A DNA stretch of 64,000 nucleotides. Source: Patescibacteria group bacterium (GTDB lineage: Bacteria; Patescibacteriota; Minisyncoccia; Phycocordibacterales; UBA9973). Made by a program: the position numbers and the translations under genes. The stretch is taken from assembly GCA_040384805.1 (NCBI GenBank), contig JAZKIP010000009.1, forward strand, positions 1,490 through 65,489, given 5' to 3'. Of the stretch, positions 48,713-58,501 are shown piece after piece. The notes under the pieces are model-generated. The model ran no database searches. It was not told where the DNA came from and saw only the letters and a list, made by a program, of their open reading frames with translations. Within the stretch, counting starts at the first letter, position 1, and every line of letters starts with the position of its first letter.

Positions 48713-49432
48713 ATGAAAATTGCATTATTAATTTCAGGGGGAGGAACGACGATGGAAGCGATCATCAAGGCGTGCAAGAACGGATCGCTTCTTGGGGTTG
48801 TCCCGGGGCTTATTATTTCAAGCACTCCTTCTGCGGGCGCAATAGAGAAAGCCAAAGCTCTTGGCATATCGCCCGATGACATTTTAATATTGAATCCCAA
48901 ATCATTTTCGTCTCAGGAGGAATTTGGGGAAGTTCTCATTGCTGAATGCAGGAAGAGAAATATCGATTTCATCGGCCAATACGGCTGGCTTATCAAAACT
49001 CCGGACATCGTCTGTGAAGCTTTTAAGGGGAGAATCGTTAATCAGCACCCTGGGCCTTTAGATAATGGCCGCCCTGATTTTGGAGGGCCCGGCATGTACG
49101 GCATGCGAGTACATCAGGCGCGACTTGAATTTGTTCGCAAAACCGGACATGATTTCTGGACCGAAGCGACCACTCATAGAGTGACATCTCATTTTGACAA
49201 AGGCAGAATTGTCAAAAGAAAGCAGATACCCATATTTCAGAATGACACAGCAGAAACTCTTCAAGCGCGCCTCTTGCCTGTCGAACACGAAGTCCAGATT
49301 GAAGCGCTCCGGGATTTTGCCAATAATACCGTTTCTGAGTTTACGCGGGAACACCCACTCGTTCTTGCGGACGAATTAGAGACTCTCGCAGAGTGCAAAG
49401 AAAATGCCCGTAAAGCGTACCCGAATGGGTGA
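48713..49432 (+). CDS. purN: phosphoribosylglycinamide formyltransferase
   Basis: LISGGGTT, VNQHPG, HRV...FD.G, LL..EH. Confidence 0.9.
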   Translation: MKIALLISGGGTTMEAIIKACKNGSLLGVVPGLIISSTPSAGAIEKAKALGISPDDILILNPKSFSSQEEFGEVLIAECRKRNIDFIGQYGWLIKTPDIVCEAFKGRIVNQHPGPLDNGRPDFGGPGMYGMRVHQARLEFVRKTGHDFWTEATTHRVTSHFDKGRIVKRKQIPIFQNDTAETLQARLLPVEHEVQIEALRDFANNTVSEFTREHPLVLADELETLAECKENARKAYPNG

Positions 49433-49444
49433 TATACTAAAAAT

Positions 49445-50737
49445 ATGACAAAACAGAAAATCTTGATTATCGGTTCCGGCGGCCGCGAGCATGCCATCGG
49501 ATGGAAGATAAAGCAATCCGCGCGCTGCGGAGAGCTTTTCTTTGCGCCCGGTAATGCGGGAACGCTTGCACTCGGGACGAATATGGATATCAAGGCGACT
49601 GATATACTGGGGTTGATCGAATTTGTGAAATCGCAGAAGATCGATGTTACTCTCGCTATTCCTGATGATCCGCTTGCTCACGGGATCGTCGATGCGTTCC
49701 GTGCGGTCGGCTTGCGTATCTTCGGTCCTATGAAAGAAGCCGCACAGCTTGAATCATCGAAAGCATATGCGAAGTATTTTATGGAAACCCATAACTTGCC
49801 GACTGCGAAATTCAAGACATGCACCAGTTTTCCTGAAGCTGAGGAATATGTCAGAGAACAAACGTTTCCATTGGTTATAAAGGCAAGCGGACTTGCTTTG
49901 GGGAAAGGGGTTCTCATCTGCCATGATATGACCGAAGCTCTTGAAGCTCTCGACAGCATCTTGGTGAAAAAGATATTCGGAGATGCTGGAAGCGTCGTTG
50001 TCATAGAAGAATTTATGACAGGCCCCGAGGTCTCTATACACGCGTTTTCGGATGGAATTACATCGCAGCTTTTCCCCGCGTCGCAGGATCATAAAAGGAT
50101 CGGTGACGGGGATACAGGGCCGAATACCGGAGGAATGGGAACGATCGCCCCGCTCCCTTTCGTTAGGCAAGAGTGGATGGAAAAAATCAAGAAAGATATT
50201 GTCGAGCCGACAATCGAGGGAATGAAAACCATTAATGCTCCTTTTGAAGGAGTTCTGTATCCGGGGCTGATGCTTACTGCCGAGGGCCCCAAAATTCTCG
50301 AATACAATGCTCGGTTCGGCGATCCTGAAACGCAAACATATATGCGCCTGCTTGAGACTGATCTCATCGATATTGTTGATGCCTGTATCGACAAAAAATT
50401 ACATGAAATAGAGATTGTATGGAAAAATAGATCAGCGTGCACGGTTATTTGTGCATCAGAAGGCTATCCGGGTGTTTATGAAAAAGGAAAGGTAATTGCA
50501 GGGATACAAGACGCGGAAAGCCACGATGACATTGTCGTTTTCCATGCGGGAACTATCATGCACGAGGGAGAGCTTGTGACCAACGGCGGCCGGGTGCTCG
50601 GAGTAAGCGCGATCGGCGTAACTTTACATCAAGCGCTTGATAAAGCTTATAAAGCTATAGAGATGATTTCATTCGACGGGATGCAATACAGAAAGGATAT
50701 TGGCCAAAAGGCCCTTCAACAAAAATTATTAATATAA
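49445..50737 (+). CDS. purD: phosphoribosylamine-glycine ligase
   Basis: GSGGREHA, LESSK, QDHKR, GPNTGGMG, EYNARFGDPE. Confidence 0.98.
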   Translation: MTKQKILIIGSGGREHAIGWKIKQSARCGELFFAPGNAGTLALGTNMDIKATDILGLIEFVKSQKIDVTLAIPDDPLAHGIVDAFRAVGLRIFGPMKEAAQLESSKAYAKYFMETHNLPTAKFKTCTSFPEAEEYVREQTFPLVIKASGLALGKGVLICHDMTEALEALDSILVKKIFGDAGSVVVIEEFMTGPEVSIHAFSDGITSQLFPASQDHKRIGDGDTGPNTGGMGTIAPLPFVRQEWMEKIKKDIVEPTIEGMKTINAPFEGVLYPGLMLTAEGPKILEYNARFGDPETQTYMRLLETDLIDIVDACIDKKLHEIEIVWKNRSACTVICASEGYPGVYEKGKVIAGIQDAESHDDIVVFHAGTIMHEGELVTNGGRVLGVSAIGVTLHQALDKAYKAIEMISFDGMQYRKDIGQKALQQKLLI

Positions 50738-50792
50738 TTGACATGCTATCTCTGTTTGTTATGCTGTAAATATCACCAAAAGTTTCCAACTT

Positions 50793-50957
50793 ATGGACGA
50801 AAAAAAGGATGATGTGCCTGATCCTCAGGTAGGAAAAGGTACAAAAAATGTTATTTTAACCCCTAAAACTGGTGGTTCAAAGGAAACACCTATCGCTGAT
50901 AGACAAGATGATGCTGATGATAACGGGACAGGATGGGACGAACGCTGGGGAAAATAA
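50793..50957 (+). CDS. 54-aa acidic small protein (below the ORF-track cutoff)
   Basis: ATG..TAA read from the sequence; TTGACA-16-TATGCT promoter upstream and hairpin plus T-run downstream. Confidence 0.5.
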   Translation: MDEKKDDVPDPQVGKGTKNVILTPKTGGSKETPIADRQDDADDNGTGWDERWGK

Positions 50958-51033
50958 TATTTTAAATATAGAAAGTCCTCCTTGAGGGGACTTTTTTGTT
51001 GTTTCATCACTCCTCCTCTGCTACAGTTAGGAT

Positions 51034-52158
51034 ATGAAAACGATTGGAATCGCCGGCGGAGGACAGTTGGGGCGGATGCTTGCGGAAGCGGCGCAGCATC
51101 TCGGTTTTTCAGTCGCTATTCTTGATCCGACGGAAAAGTGTCCAGCAGCGGAATTTGCCGATACTCACATCGTTGGGAGTTTCAAAGACAAGGACAAGAT
51201 TCACGAGCTTGCCCGGATTTCTGACTATATAACGTTTGAGATCGAGTCCGCCAATGCCGAGGCTCTCGACGAGCTTGTCGCTTCGGGGAAGATCGTTCAT
51301 CCGTCGCCTGCGACTCTCCGTACTATAAAAGATAAGTTCGGACAGAAAGCATTTTTGCGTGATAATGATATTCCTGTAGCTGATTTTGCGCTTATTGAAA
51401 CGGAAGAAGACTGCAGAAAGCAGGGCGATATATTCGGCTATCCTTTTCTTCTGAAGGCTCGGTTCGATGCATACGACGGACGGGGGAACTGTGTCATTCG
51501 TAGCGAATCAGATATTGCAGATGCTTTTTCTGCGCTATCGAAGAGCCCACTTTATGCAGAGCGATTCGTACCATTCATAAAAGAGCTGTCGGTTGTTTCG
51601 GCGCGTGATACAAACGGCAGTATCGTTTCGTATCCTGTCGTTGAGACGATCCATAAAAACAATATCTGCCATATTGTTCGCTCTCCTGCGCCCGTTGATA
51701 GTGAAATTCAAAAAAACGCCGAGGCACTTGCTAGAAAAGTACTCGATGTTTTGGGCGGGGTCGGAGTGTTCGCCTGCGAAATGTTCCTGACAGCCGGGGG
51801 AGAAATTCTTATAAACGAAATCGCCCCGCGGGTTCACAATTCAGGCCATCATACGATAGAGGCGTTTACTGCCTCTCAATTCGAACAGCACATACGAGCT
51901 ATCACGGGCATGCCTCTTGTCATACCTGAATCTCTTTCACAGGCGGCCGTGATGATCAATATATTGGGCGAGCGGGATGCGCAAGCAGAGCTTTTTGGGA
52001 ACGATCAGGCTCTTGCCCTCGGTGGTGTCACGGTGCATATCTATGGTAAACTGCAGACACGAAAGGAGCGCAAGATGGGCCATATAACAGTACTTTCTGA
52101 CAGTATTGAAGAGGCCGAAAACAAAGCAATTGAAGCGCGCAAATTGATATCTATATAA
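51034..52158 (+). CDS. purK: N5-CAIR synthetase
   Basis: GGGQLGRM, TFEIE, YDGRG, NEIAPRVHNSGH, RKMGH. Confidence 0.97.
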   Translation: MKTIGIAGGGQLGRMLAEAAQHLGFSVAILDPTEKCPAAEFADTHIVGSFKDKDKIHELARISDYITFEIESANAEALDELVASGKIVHPSPATLRTIKDKFGQKAFLRDNDIPVADFALIETEEDCRKQGDIFGYPFLLKARFDAYDGRGNCVIRSESDIADAFSALSKSPLYAERFVPFIKELSVVSARDTNGSIVSYPVVETIHKNNICHIVRSPAPVDSEIQKNAEALARKVLDVLGGVGVFACEMFLTAGGEILINEIAPRVHNSGHHTIEAFTASQFEQHIRAITGMPLVIPESLSQAAVMINILGERDAQAELFGNDQALALGGVTVHIYGKLQTRKERKMGHITVLSDSIEEAENKAIEARKLISI

Positions 52159-52171
52159 TTAAGTAGTCGTC

Positions 52172-52273
52172 AGAAAATAGCTCTTTGCGGAATGCACGCA
52201 TAAAATTCTGCTCTATTTTTGCTCAGACTCGGACCGTCGTCCTCCGCAAGTCATTCCGCCAAGACTATTTTCT
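52172..52273 (+). repeat. about 100-nt structured intergenic element, copy B
   Basis: Homologous to copies A and C. Confidence 0.85.
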
Positions 52274-52288
52274 TCTGACCTTTAACGA

Positions 52289-52804
52289 ATGAAAAAACAA
52301 ACTCACATCGCAATTATCATGGGTTCGGATTCGGACCTTCCTGTTATGCAGGAAGCGGCACAGATGCTCGAGGATTTCGGCGTTGGATATGAAATAACCA
52401 TTGTATCCGCTCACCGCACTCCTGATGTTTTGGTGTCATATGCGACAAAAGCTCTCGGTCGCGGTATAAAAGTTATCATCGCAGGCGCAGGCGGGGCAGC
52501 GCATCTTCCCGGTATGACGGCATCGATGACGGTGCTTCCTGTGATCGGTGTGCCGATCAAGACGAAGACAATGGATGGCCTCGATTCTCTTTTATCAATC
52601 GTCCAGATGCCGCCCGGCGTTCCGGTTGCAACAGTCGCCGTCAACGGTGCGAAAAATGCCGCCCTCCTTGCTCTCCAGATGCTTGGTATCTCTGATAAAA
52701 AATTACAGAAAAAGATATCCGATTATAAAAAGAAAATGAATACTGACGTGAAAGGAAAAGCCAAGACATTATCTGCAAAGGGCTATAAGAAATATTTTGC
52801 ATAA
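52289..52804 (+). CDS. purE: N5-CAIR mutase
   Basis: [35 protein letters not shown]. Confidence 0.98.
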   Translation: MKKQTHIAIIMGSDSDLPVMQEAAQMLEDFGVGYEITIVSAHRTPDVLVSYATKALGRGIKVIIAGAGGAAHLPGMTASMTVLPVIGVPIKTKTMDGLDSLLSIVQMPPGVPVATVAVNGAKNAALLALQMLGISDKKLQKKISDYKKKMNTDVKGKAKTLSAKGYKKYFA

Positions 52805-52805
52805 T

Positions 52806-53846
52806 ATGAGTGATCTTTACGCACAATCAGGAGTCAACATCGACGCAGGCAACGAATCGGTCAGCCGGATCAAGGCTCATGTTACCACGACGCACACAAG
52901 CGCGGTACTAACAGGGATCGGAAGCTTCGGCGCGCTCTATGATATCGGCGATGTTCTTAAGTCATATTCGCATCCGGTTCTTGTTCAGTCGATCGATGGC
53001 GTTGGCACAAAGCTCTCGGTTGCGCGCATGATGGGAAAATACGATACAGTGGGAGAAGATATTGTGAACCACTGCTGCGATGATCTTCTTGCTATGGGTG
53101 CGCGATCGCTTACGTTTCTTGACTATGTCGCCAACGACAAGCTTGATCCCGACGTTATGGAAGCCATGGTCAAAGGAATGTCTAAAGCATGCAAAGAAAA
53201 CGGAGTATCGCTCATCGGCGGGGAAACCGCCGAAATGCCGGGCGTCTATATGCCCGGCGAACACGATATTGCCGGGTGCATTACGGGCGTTGTGGAAAAA
53301 GACAGGATCATCACAGGAGAGAAGATAAAGGAGGGAGATATCATTCTCGGCTTCCCCTCATCAGGCCTTCATACGAACGGATTTTCTCTTGCCCGCAAAA
53401 TACTTTTCAGTATCGCGGGTCACACGACAGAGACTGTCGTCGATGAGCTTGGCGAAAGCGTAGGCGAAGCCCTTCTGAAAGTACATGTTAATTATTCGCG
53501 GCCTGTTCTTGAAATGCTTGATCAGGGTATCGACATCCGCGGGATCGCTCATATAACTGGTGGCGGATTCATTGAGAATATTCCACGCGTACTTCGCAAT
53601 GGTCTTGATGCTGAAATAAAAAAAGGATCATGGCCAATGCTTCCTATATTTCCGTATATGCAAAAAATGGGGAATGTCGACGAAAGCGAAATGTATCGCG
53701 TCTTTAATATGGGGGTAGGACTTGTCCTGATTGTACCTGAAAGCGAGAAAGGGAAAATTGAAGCAATTCTCAATAACTATTCGGAATTCAAAATATATGA
53801 AATCGGAAAAATTAGCCCGGGTGAAGGAAAAGTTGTCTTGAAATAA
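52806..53846 (+). CDS. purM: AIR synthetase
   Basis: Y..SGVNI, DGVGTK, GGETAEMPG, GLHTNG, HITGGG, FNMGVG. Confidence 0.98.
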   Translation: MSDLYAQSGVNIDAGNESVSRIKAHVTTTHTSAVLTGIGSFGALYDIGDVLKSYSHPVLVQSIDGVGTKLSVARMMGKYDTVGEDIVNHCCDDLLAMGARSLTFLDYVANDKLDPDVMEAMVKGMSKACKENGVSLIGGETAEMPGVYMPGEHDIAGCITGVVEKDRIITGEKIKEGDIILGFPSSGLHTNGFSLARKILFSIAGHTTETVVDELGESVGEALLKVHVNYSRPVLEMLDQGIDIRGIAHITGGGFIENIPRVLRNGLDAEIKKGSWPMLPIFPYMQKMGNVDESEMYRVFNMGVGLVLIVPESEKGKIEAILNNYSEFKIYEIGKISPGEGKVVLK

Positions 53847-53850
53847 TTGA

Positions 53851-53974
53851 ATCCCGTTAGAGATGTGCCTCAATATATAATATGGTGTAAGATAAAATAA
53901 GATATAGGTTATATTATTAATAATACATAAATAAGAAATGGAAGATTTAAAAGGCTTCCTATCTCTAACGGGAT
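53851..53974. mobile_element. 124-bp MITE-like element with 14-bp terminal inverted repeats
   Basis: atcccgttagagat ... atctctaacgggat; AT-rich interior; right end supplies the purC ATG. Confidence 0.6.
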
Positions 53975-54929
53975 GAATATCGAACTTATAAAAGACCATA
54001 TTAATGATGTCCTGATTGAAACGAATTTTGAAGACTTGGGAGAGAAAAAAGTTGGCAAGGTCAGAGATATTTATATTAATGATAAAAATATTATTCTTAT
54101 TGCAACCGACCGCCATTCGTCATTCGATCGCATTATCGCCCACGTGCCATTTAAGGGGGAAGTCCTCAACCAGATAAGCGCTTTCTGGTTCGAGAATACG
54201 AAGGATATCATTCCCAATCATGTCATCTCGATTCCCGACCCCAATGTTCTTGTTGCCCGAAAATGCACGCCTCTTCCGATCGAGGCGGTCGTCCGAGGAT
54301 ATATAACAGGAGTGACGGGCACATCGCTCTGGACGCATTACGAGAAAGGCAAACGCGACTTCGGAAATTTTATCCTTCCTGAAGGATTGGAGAAAAATCA
54401 GAAACTTTCTGAACCGGTTTTCACGCCGACCACCAAATCCGACGAGCATGACCGGCCAATCACACCCCGAGAGATCGTCGCCGAAGGGTTGTTAACGAAA
54501 GAAATGTGCGATGAAATCGAACGTGTTGCTAAAGCATTATTTACGCGTGGGCAGGAAATCGCTCTTTCGAGGGGACTCATACTTGTCGATACGAAGTATG
54601 AATTCGGTATCGATGACGAAGGGAAACTTGTTCTTATCGATGAGATCCATACGCCTGATTCCTCGCGCTACTGGAAAGCAGCTACATATGATGAGCGATT
54701 CAATGCTGAAGAGGAACCCGAATACTTCGACAAGGAATTCCTGCGCCTCTGGTTCAAGGACAACTGCGATCCGTATAATGATCCTGTGTTGCCCGAAGCG
54801 CCTCCTGAACTTGTGGCAGAACTGTCCCGCCGCTATATCGAGATCTATGAAACAATCACTGGCAAGGCATTCGAACATGATTTTTCTCAGCCTATTATTG
54901 AAAGGATACAAAATAATTTAAGGACATAA
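53973..54929 (+). CDS. purC: SAICAR synthetase
   Basis: GKVRDIY, TDR.S.FD, KGEVLNQ, VDTKYEFG, DEIHTPDSSR. Confidence 0.97.
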   Translation: MNIELIKDHINDVLIETNFEDLGEKKVGKVRDIYINDKNIILIATDRHSSFDRIIAHVPFKGEVLNQISAFWFENTKDIIPNHVISIPDPNVLVARKCTPLPIEAVVRGYITGVTGTSLWTHYEKGKRDFGNFILPEGLEKNQKLSEPVFTPTTKSDEHDRPITPREIVAEGLLTKEMCDEIERVAKALFTRGQEIALSRGLILVDTKYEFGIDDEGKLVLIDEIHTPDSSRYWKAATYDERFNAEEEPEYFDKEFLRLWFKDNCDPYNDPVLPEAPPELVAELSRRYIEIYETITGKAFEHDFSQPIIERIQNNLRT

Positions 54930-54933
54930 CTTC

Positions 54934-55034
54934 ATAAAACAGCTCTTCTCGAAATGTACACATAATTTCCTGCTGGAAATTTGCTCTGCTCGGCCCGTCG
55001 GTCTCCGCAAGACATTTCTCAAAGACTGTTTTAT
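54934..55034 (+). repeat. about 100-nt structured intergenic element, copy C
   Basis: Homologous to copies A and B. Confidence 0.85.
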
Positions 55035-55054
55035 TGTGTTATAGTCTAGTTTAG

Positions 55055-56422
55055 ATGATTAACGCTATAACTCCATTAGACGGACGCTATTACGAGAAAA
55101 CCAAGGCTCTTTCTCTGTATTTCTCGGAGTGGGCTCTCATGAAGTACCGTGTCATGGTTGAGTGTGAATTCTTCATATTCCTCTCCGAGTCCAAAATGAC
55201 AGATCTCCGAGCGTTGACCGCAGGCGAAGCTAAAAAAGTGCGTGAGCTTTATGAAAAGTTCGACGATGTATCATACAAAAAAATAAAGACATTCGAATCA
55301 ACGACGAATCATGATGTTAAAGCCGTGGAATATTTCCTGAAGGAATCTCTGAAAACGACGAGTCTGAAAAATGCGATCGAATGGATCCATTTCGGTCTCA
55401 CGTCCGAAGATACGAACAATTGCGCCCATGCCCTGATGCTCGGTCTCGGTATTAAGAATGTCATTTCTCCGGCTCTGAGAGATATTGGAAAATTCCTTCT
55501 AGATTCTGCAAAAGTTTACGCCGCGCTTCCGATGCTTGCCCGCACTCACGGTCAGAGCGCATCGCCGACAACGCTCGGGAAGGAATTCGCAGTCTTCGGC
55601 GCACGGCTTTCCCGCCAGATGAAGCAATTGAATAGTTATAAAATCCTGATGAAGCTTAACGGCGCAACAGGCAACTACAATGCTTTCGTTGCCGCATACC
55701 CGAAAGGAAAATGGGATATCTTTACGCGAAAATTCATTGCCCATCTCTCCAAAATTGTCGGGATACACTATGAGGCCAATCTGATTACGACCCAGATCGA
55801 GTCTCACGACACCTATGCTGAGCTTTTCGACACGATGCGTCGGATCAATACGATTCTCGTCGATTTTAATCAGGATATGTGGCGGTATATAAGCGACGGA
55901 TATATCACACAGAAGCCCAAGAAAGGAGAAGTCGGATCATCGACCATGCCGCACAAGATCAATCCAATCGACTTTGAGAACAGCGAAGGAAACCTCGGCC
56001 TTGCTAACGCGCTCTTTACATTCTTCTCCCAGAAATTGCCGATCTCGCGTCTTCAGCGCGATCTCTCGGACTCGACCGTTGAGCGGTCTTTCGGAACGGC
56101 ATTTGGATACTCATATGTAGCATACTTGTCTCTTTTGAAGGGCTTAGGCAAAATAAGCGTAAATGTTGATAAAATAAAGGATGATTTGCTATCGCACCCC
56201 GAGGTGGTCGCAGAGGCGATCCAGACGGTTCTCCGCCGTGAGGGGTATCCGATCCCGTACGAAGCGCTCAAGGAACTGACCCGCGGAAAAGAAATAACAA
56301 TGGACGGTTTCTTAAGATTCATCGACAACTTAAAGATATCTTCGAAGCTCAAGACGGAGCTTAAAAGATTTACTGCCGAGAATTACACGGGCATGGCGAA
56401 GAAAATTGCAATTATTAACTAA
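55055..56422 (+). CDS. purB: adenylosuccinate lyase (E. coli-like type)
   Basis: PLDGRY, TNHDVKAVEY, RTHGQ, GSSTMPHKINPIDFENSEGN. Confidence 0.98.
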   Translation: MINAITPLDGRYYEKTKALSLYFSEWALMKYRVMVECEFFIFLSESKMTDLRALTAGEAKKVRELYEKFDDVSYKKIKTFESTTNHDVKAVEYFLKESLKTTSLKNAIEWIHFGLTSEDTNNCAHALMLGLGIKNVISPALRDIGKFLLDSAKVYAALPMLARTHGQSASPTTLGKEFAVFGARLSRQMKQLNSYKILMKLNGATGNYNAFVAAYPKGKWDIFTRKFIAHLSKIVGIHYEANLITTQIESHDTYAELFDTMRRINTILVDFNQDMWRYISDGYITQKPKKGEVGSSTMPHKINPIDFENSEGNLGLANALFTFFSQKLPISRLQRDLSDSTVERSFGTAFGYSYVAYLSLLKGLGKISVNVDKIKDDLLSHPEVVAEAIQTVLRREGYPIPYEALKELTRGKEITMDGFLRFIDNLKISSKLKTELKRFTAENYTGMAKKIAIIN

Positions 56423-56435
56423 TCATATCCACTAT

Positions 56436-56804
56436 ATGGGTGATAATTCTTTTTTGGGCGGAAATAAGGAAAATAAAAGCGAGTACTCTAGCAAGATACA
56501 AGAATGGCTTCAAGACTATGCCAATAATTTTATAGCTTTGCAGATGCATCATAATTTTTCAGGGATAGAGGGTGTAAGAAAAATAATAGCAAAACATCCA
56601 ATACCTGCAATTGAAGACTACAAGAAAACTTCTGCTCACGAGCCGCTAACTGATGAAGAGGCAAAGAATCCTGAACTTCTCAAACGGCTTTCGGAACTTG
56701 AAACACTAAGAAAAGAACTCTCAGAAAGTGAATCATTACCCGAGGATAGATTCATTGTAATTATGGATGAGGTTAGTGATATTGTAAGAAGAAAAGCTAG
56801 CTAA
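56436..56804 (+). CDS. hypothetical protein
   Basis: 122-aa AT-rich ORF between purB and smpB. Confidence 0.6.
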   Translation: MGDNSFLGGNKENKSEYSSKIQEWLQDYANNFIALQMHHNFSGIEGVRKIIAKHPIPAIEDYKKTSAHEPLTDEEAKNPELLKRLSELETLRKELSESESLPEDRFIVIMDEVSDIVRRKAS

Positions 56805-56870
56805 TTTTACATAAATAAATCCCGGATCTTGTATTATTGTGATTAAGTAATATGGTACTATACATGTATC

Positions 56871-57311
56871 ATGATCCTGATCGACAACAGAAAAGCCCAT
56901 TTCAACTATGAAATCATTGAAAAATATGAAGCAGGTATTGAGCTTTTCGGATTCGAGGTCAAATCGATCACAAGCGGCCGGGCAATCCTTCCGGGATCCT
57001 TTGCGATCGTCCGCGGCGGGGAAGCTTTCCTTGTCGGGATGCAGATACCACCCTATCAGGCAGGCAATACGCCTGCTGACTACGATCCCGAGCGTACGCG
57101 AAGGCTTCTTTTGAGCAAAAAGCAGATCGCTGAAATCGCTCCGTCGGACAATATGAAAGGCTTGACCCTTGTACCGCTTTCGCTGTATAGTAAGGGGCGC
57201 TTGATCAAGGTCGAGCTTGCTATCGTAAAGGGAAAGAAGAATTACGATAAAAGGGAGACGATCAAGAAGCGTGATACTGATCGCGAGATCAGGAGAGAAT
57301 ACAAGAGGTAA
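56871..57311 (+). CDS. smpB: SsrA-binding protein
   Basis: NRKAHFNY, EAGIEL.G.EVKS, R.R.LLL, GKK.YDKRE. Confidence 0.97.
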   Translation: MILIDNRKAHFNYEIIEKYEAGIELFGFEVKSITSGRAILPGSFAIVRGGEAFLVGMQIPPYQAGNTPADYDPERTRRLLLSKKQIAEIAPSDNMKGLTLVPLSLYSKGRLIKVELAIVKGKKNYDKRETIKKRDTDREIRREYKR

Positions 57312-57421
57312 TTACCAATTACCAATGACGAATTACTGATTACGAATGGAGCCCGTATGGATTTCATTATTGATCGGTAATTAGTAATTCGTAATTAAAG
57401 TTTTCCTTGAAAATTTTATAG

Positions 57422-57804
57422 GGGGATGACGGGCTTCGACAGGAGATCGTCCTCATGTATGTGCGTGTCGAGTGCGAAGGTATCTCGTAAAACTACTTTC
57501 AAAAGACTACGTGCAAACAAAGTCGCTTCAGTAAAGTCACCATACACTGGTAACTTTGCTCTCGCATTCGCCTAATTTAGGTCATGTGAGTGTCTCTTAT
57601 ATAGACATCCGATATATACGAGAGGCATAACTTATCGGGTTACGGATCATGCCGTGTTCGCGCATGATCCCGACAATACAGAACTCAGCATGCGTTTGTT
57701 TTGCTTGTTCTCTAGAGCGTATGCTTAAACCGATCGAACAAGTTACACACGTAGACTCATATATGAACATCTTCTGCATGGCGGTTCAACTCCGCCCATC
57801 TCCA
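57422..57804 (+). ncRNA. ssrA: tmRNA; tag peptide ANKVASVKSPYTGNFALAFA* (57513-57575)
   Basis: 5' GGGGATG..TTCGAC; 3' GGTTCAACTCC..CATCTCCA; follows smpB; tag ORF ends in hydrophobic ALAFA. Confidence 0.93.
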
Positions 57805-57946
57805 CAATAAAACTTCCCGCGAAAGCGGGATTTTTTATTGTGGAGATGAATAAGCAAACTGCTTTGCTTATGTGGCGGAGATGAAGACCTTTTCCCTATG
57901 AGCGTACTCGCGAATGGAAAAGGCTAAAACCTTAATAGGTTTTAGA

Positions 57947-58008
57947 GTCGGAGGCTGATGAGCCGAGACGGGGTCGCGAACTTTTTCAACAGAAAAAGAT
58001 TTGTGACT
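57947..58008 (+). repeat. structured element downstream of tmRNA (family copy D)
   Basis: Aligns to 62807-62869. Confidence 0.8.
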
Positions 58009-58216
58009 ACTGATCCTGTAAGGATCAACATGTGTAATCATGGTCCACCCATCTCCACAACCTTGACTTTCTTCTCATTTTATGCTATTGTCCTATCAAT
58101 GGTAGCACTTTGACACACTTTGATGAATTTTGCTGTGAGAACTATTTTCGCATCTGTTTTTAGATGTTCGATTAGTTTTCACAGTAAAAATTAAACTAAT
58201 CATCAAAAAATTAATT

Positions 58217-58501
58217 ATGAAAAAGAAGATTTTGAACATCTCAGTTGTCGCTATTATAGTGGCTGTAATATTTTCATTTTTTCAGAGCATCTACTGGGAA
58301 AAGGAGGCAGGCAAAATATTTTTAAAATCAGTTCCATTAAGGCAAATAATTAGCAGTGATATGAGGATAATTGATAATGCCGAAAGATTGGAAAAGATTA
58401 CAGGTCCTTTGATTGCTAAACTGGAAGAAATGAATAAAAAAATGGAAAGGCAAAAGAATAATGCCATCTTTTACAAATTGTTTGGTTGGGAAATATCATA
58501 A
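58217..58501 (+). CDS. small membrane-anchored hypothetical protein
   Basis: MKKK plus hydrophobic N-terminus; promoter (TTGACT..TGcTATTGT) and terminator near 58525-58566. Confidence 0.6.
   Translation: MKKKILNISVVAIIVAVIFSFFQSIYWEKEAGKIFLKSVPLRQIISSDMRIIDNAERLEKITGPLIAKLEEMNKKMERQKNNAIFYKLFGWEIS

Noticed and set aside
48592-55034. Intergenic elements as purine, ZTP or PRPP riboswitches
   Set aside because: They occur in both orientations and next to tRNA/tmRNA, and I could not recognise consensus aptamer motifs.
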